From the NCBI GenBank assembly GCA_029856525.1, contig JAHQXC010000061.1:1-8059 (forward strand): a stretch of 8,059 nt of DNA, written 5' to 3'. This document shows positions 5,011 through 8,059 of this stretch, in pieces. Within the stretch, counting starts at the first letter, position 1. The number at the start of each line of letters is the position of its first letter. The DNA comes from Candidatus Odinarchaeia archaeon (lineage in GTDB: Archaea; Asgardarchaeota; Odinarchaeia; Odinarchaeales; Odinarchaeaceae). The translations under genes and the position numbers were made by a program. The notes under the pieces are model-generated. The model was not told the DNA's origin. It searched no databases and worked only from the letters and a program-made list of their open reading frames with translations.

Positions 5011-7115
5011 TTAGACACCTCTACAGGCGTTTTCCTCCTGTTATTTAAAGCTTCAACGCGACCGGGGCATTGAAGCCAGTTCACGCACATATTCCAGGGA
5101 CGCTTCCCAGGTATGAAAACTTTTATAATAGGGTACCCGCAGTGTTCACACTTTTTATCAGTTGATTCAATTCTCCCCTTCTGCGGTAATGGAAAGCTAG
5201 TGTTACATGAACCTTTACGGTAATTAGAGCATCCTATAAATCTTTTATGAGATGAACGCGAGTAAATCACCGTTAACTCGCCTGTGCCGCAGTTAGGGCA
5301 TGGAGCAATATAATTTTGCTTCTTCCATAGTTTTTTAAGAGCTGCGCCTAAATCAGCTCCGATAACATTCTCCTTCATTTTAAACTCTTCTAGAATAGGT
5401 TTCAAAGCGTTAATAGACTCTACTATAACCTCTCTCCTAGTCTTCTTATTCGCTTGAATCAACTCTAAGTCTTCTTCAATATCCCGGGTTAATTTAACTG
5501 ATAGAACGCTAGGAGAATATTTTTCTAAAACCTCTATAACCGAGAAACCTAAATCGGTCATCTCCATAGGCTGGCTTGTAACAAAACCTCTTTTAACCAG
5601 GGTTTCTATTATATCAGCGCGTGTGGCTTTAGTTCCAAGATTCTCCTTCTCCATAAGTTTTAGAAGAGAGCTGGGATTATATCGAGGCGGAGGCGTCGTA
5701 TATTTCTCGTCTAGAGTTATAATCGGAGCTGGGAGACTCTGACCGATAGAGAGCGGCGGTAGAATAATATCGTCTTGCTTAAAGTATGGTTCATAGAATC
5801 TAAGCCAGCCGGGCTCCTTCACCTGGCGTCCTTTAAGATAGAATAAATGATCGCCTACACGGATCTCCGCTTTAACACTTTCTTTTAAAGCAGGTTCACC
5901 GAATAAAGCGAAGAATCTTTTAGCGATTAAATCATAGAGCTTCCTCTCATCTGAGTCTAATTCTCTCTCAGGCTTATTCCCGGTTACATGTATAGCTGGG
6001 TGAGCTGGATCCTCTTTCTCCCCTTGATTTGGAACTATTCGATTCTTGCTTAATATCTCCTCAGCTATCCTCTTATAAGCAGGCTGCTGAGCCATCCCCT
6101 TTAATATCTCGACTACGTTAATCGACTCAGGTATTCTCTGACTGCTCGTTCTAGGATACGATATTAAAGCTTCAAGGTAAAGCCTCTCAGCTATGTTCAA
6201 AGTTCTCCTCGGAGTGAAACCGAACAGTTTATACGCTTCAACTTGAAGGGAGCCTATGTCGAAGGGGACAGGAGGGTTTTGACGGTACTCCGTGGTTTTA
6301 ATATCGCTTACAACAGCGGGTTTACCTTTACACTCTCCAACTATTCTCTCAGCTTCAGCTTTAACATCTATTCTACTCTGAGAATACTCTAACTGATATT
6401 TACCTCCGTCAAACTCGATTTCAGCGTTTACAATCCAGTATGGAACAGGGACAAATGATTGAATCTCTCTCTCCCTATGATATAAAAATGAAAGCGTGGG
6501 GCCTTGAACTCTACCAGTGCTCAGCACCCTATACATTCCACTCGCATTTTTTAAAGCGAGGGTTAAAGCCCGGCTGAGATTAATCCCGAAAAGCCAGTCG
6601 ACTTCATGCCTCGTCTGACCGGCTTCAACCATGTTAAAATCTAAGCTATCAGACATATTTTTGAAAGCTGACACCAGCTCTCCTTTAGTGAGCGTGGAAT
6701 ACTTCATTCTCCTAGCTTTTTTAAGCGCGTTCTCACCGCACGAGTATTTAATAATAGAGTAGCCTATAAGGCTACCCTCCAAGTCAAAGTCGCATGCGTT
6801 TATGAAGACATCAGCTTCAGAGGAGAGCCTTCTAATAACTTCAATAAAAGTCTTAGTGTTTCTAGCAGTTTTACTAACTTTATATGAAGGCATCCATGTA
6901 GTGTTGAAAACAGGGTAAACCCATCCTTCACCTCTCTGAGTCACCGTGTATAAATGTCCTAAAGCAGGGACTACGATTAACTGTTCACCGTTATGTTTAA
7001 CACGATAATATGTAACCCCGTTCTCCTCGAATTTATTCAAGCTGTTTTCATCAGCTAAAGCTGAAGCGATTCTCAGACAGGCTGATGGTTTTTCAGTGAT
7101 TATAAGAGTACTCAT
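5007..7115 (-). CDS. topA: DNA topoisomerase I, type IA (archaeal TopA/Topo III-like) with C-terminal zinc ribbons
   Basis: It has TOPRIM motifs LIITEKPS and ACDFDLEG, STGRVQGPTL, the catalytic Tyr in LISYPRTSS (codon 6158..6156), AHPAIHVT, and LGTKATRADII. Two C-terminal C4 ribbons follow (CPNC...C..C and CEHC...C...C). ATG 7115 is preferred because GTGGT lies just upstream; GTG 7124 is an alternative. There is no intein-sized insertion. Confidence 0.96.
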   Translation of the reverse strand: MSTLIITEKPSACLRIASALADENSLNKFEENGVTYYRVKHNGEQLIVVPALGHLYTVTQRGEGWVYPVFNTTWMPSYKVSKTARNTKTFIEVIRRLSSEADVFINACDFDLEGSLIGYSIIKYSCGENALKKARRMKYSTLTKGELVSAFKNMSDSLDFNMVEAGQTRHEVDWLFGINLSRALTLALKNASGMYRVLSTGRVQGPTLSFLYHREREIQSFVPVPYWIVNAEIEFDGGKYQLEYSQSRIDVKAEAERIVGECKGKPAVVSDIKTTEYRQNPPVPFDIGSLQVEAYKLFGFTPRRTLNIAERLYLEALISYPRTSSQRIPESINVVEILKGMAQQPAYKRIAEEILSKNRIVPNQGEKEDPAHPAIHVTGNKPERELDSDERKLYDLIAKRFFALFGEPALKESVKAEIRVGDHLFYLKGRQVKEPGWLRFYEPYFKQDDIILPPLSIGQSLPAPIITLDEKYTTPPPRYNPSSLLKLMEKENLGTKATRADIIETLVKRGFVTSQPMEMTDLGFSVIEVLEKYSPSVLSVKLTRDIEEDLELIQANKKTRREVIVESINALKPILEEFKMKENVIGADLGAALKKLWKKQNYIAPCPNCGTGELTVIYSRSSHKRFIGCSNYRKGSCNTSFPLPQKGRIESTDKKCEHCGYPIIKVFIPGKRPWNMCVNWLQCPGRVEALNNRRKTPVEVSK

Positions 7116-7138
7116 ATAAACCACTTAATTTTAACACG

Positions 7139-7948
7139 TCAAATTAAAACTATTCTTTGAAATTCTTCTAATCCTATTACCGGTATTCTAGTTAACTCTG
7201 AATTCTGTAATAAACAGTAATATTCAACTTTACTATTAAAAATTAACTCCTCTATTATTCTCATAGCGTATACGAGTTTACGACGTTTAATCAAGTCAGC
7301 TTTAACAGCGGTTTTAAAATACGGTTTAGAGTAACGGCCCACCGTATACCCGAAGTCCATGCCTAGTAGAAAAACTATTCGAGCGTTGAAAAGCTCGCAT
7401 AAACAGACCGCCCGGTCTCCGTCTGTGAACCCGCCTATATTGAATACTCTACTATTAAAGTCCACTTGACATGTGCCTAATGTTCTCTGAGAAAGCTGCA
7501 GGGGATAGCCTTGAATTCTCTCAATATTGTCGCCGTGCGCGTGTAAAACGATAACCGCTCCCGGACCCGTCTTTATTAAAAAATCTGGTTGAACACCATC
7601 CAGATCTGTGACAACTATATGCGGGTTTACCCCGTTTTCTATAAGCGGTGTGAGAGCTCCGTCGACTGCTATCAGCGTTAACCTATCTTGTAAACGCTGC
7701 AGTATAGGTTTAACTATATTTATAGAAGATTCGAGGGATGGGCCTGGAGCGATTACTAGAACAGGTTTACTTGAAATTAAGAAATCTAGTTTCTCAACAA
7801 GAGGTGTAGGCTCAGGTAGAATACTGGCGAGGAGTTCAGCAGCTTTTAAATCTGAAAACTGGTTGTAACCGAAGTCGGCTAGTATCCTAGGATACCATTT
7901 ATCTAAGAAATTATTTTTTAGATAAAATAATCTATCTTTAAAATTCAT
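7139..7948 (-). CDS. mptE: 6-hydroxymethyl-7,8-dihydropterin pyrophosphokinase, archaeal MptE (DUF115) family
   Basis: It carries the family motifs APGPSL, IAVDGA, VVTDLDG, VLHAHGDNI, IGGFTDGDRAV, LLGMDFG, GRYSKP and KRRKL. Confidence 0.88.
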   Translation of the reverse strand: MNFKDRLFYLKNNFLDKWYPRILADFGYNQFSDLKAAELLASILPEPTPLVEKLDFLISSKPVLVIAPGPSLESSINIVKPILQRLQDRLTLIAVDGALTPLIENGVNPHIVVTDLDGVQPDFLIKTGPGAVIVLHAHGDNIERIQGYPLQLSQRTLGTCQVDFNSRVFNIGGFTDGDRAVCLCELFNARIVFLLGMDFGYTVGRYSKPYFKTAVKADLIKRRKLVYAMRIIEELIFNSKVEYYCLLQNSELTRIPVIGLEEFQRIVLI

Positions 7949-8059
7949 CTAAGACCCATTTTATCTTTAAATACAGATATGTACAGGCATTCTTCAGGCG
8001 GTATAAGCAGCTCCTCCATTCTAATAGGACGGTCTGTGAACTCTACAGGAGCGTCTCTA
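7945..8059 (-). CDS. C-terminal fragment of an unidentified protein upstream of mptE
   Basis: The frame is open from the right edge: ...RDAPVEFTDRPIRMEELLIPPEECLYISVFKDKMGLR*. Its TGA (7947..7945) overlaps the mptE ATG (ATGA), as expected for translational coupling. Confidence 0.65.
   Translation of the reverse strand, partial: RDAPVEFTDRPIRMEELLIPPEECLYISVFKDKMGLR

Noticed and set aside
7608-7868. 86-aa plus-strand ORF
   Set aside because: It is an antisense shadow within mptE with no recognisable features.
2326-7948. Functional link between mptE and tungstate uptake through the tungsten cofactor
   Set aside because: MptE belongs to folate/methanopterin synthesis, not molybdopterin synthesis, so the similar names are misleading. 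The two operons are convergent and separately promoted.
1-8059. Sec/Pyl readthrough, inteins, tRNA or rRNA genes, CRISPR repeats, IS elements
   Set aside because: TAG and TGA stops fall at the expected protein ends and are followed by early stops or other genes. TopA has a normal length. I saw no cloverleaf, repeat-spacer array, transposase or terminal inverted repeats.

Overview
This is an archaeal-type chromosomal window (BRE/TATA promoters, GAGGTG(A) Shine-Dalgarno sites, archaeal type IA topoisomerase, MptE); the exact lineage cannot be determined from the sequence alone. From left to right it holds: (1) the 5' part of a divergent, hydrophobic membrane-protein gene on the minus strand, missed by the ORF track; (2) a two-gene MacB/LolCDE-like (type VII) ABC transporter; (3) a tungstate ABC transporter operon, tupABC; (4) a convergent minus-strand operon made of a partial unknown gene, mptE, topA and a 73-aa C-x2-C-x9-C-x2-H protein translationally coupled to topA. 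The most notable observation concerns tupA. It is about 318 aa, not 128 aa, and its reading frame has no ATG, GTG or TTG ahead of the membrane anchor and TTTS motif. It appears to start at an ATA codon (2326) placed behind a near-perfect SD (GAGGTGATC). The second notable observation is the small putative zinc-binding partner of TopA. I found no RNA genes, mobile elements, inteins or CRISPR arrays.
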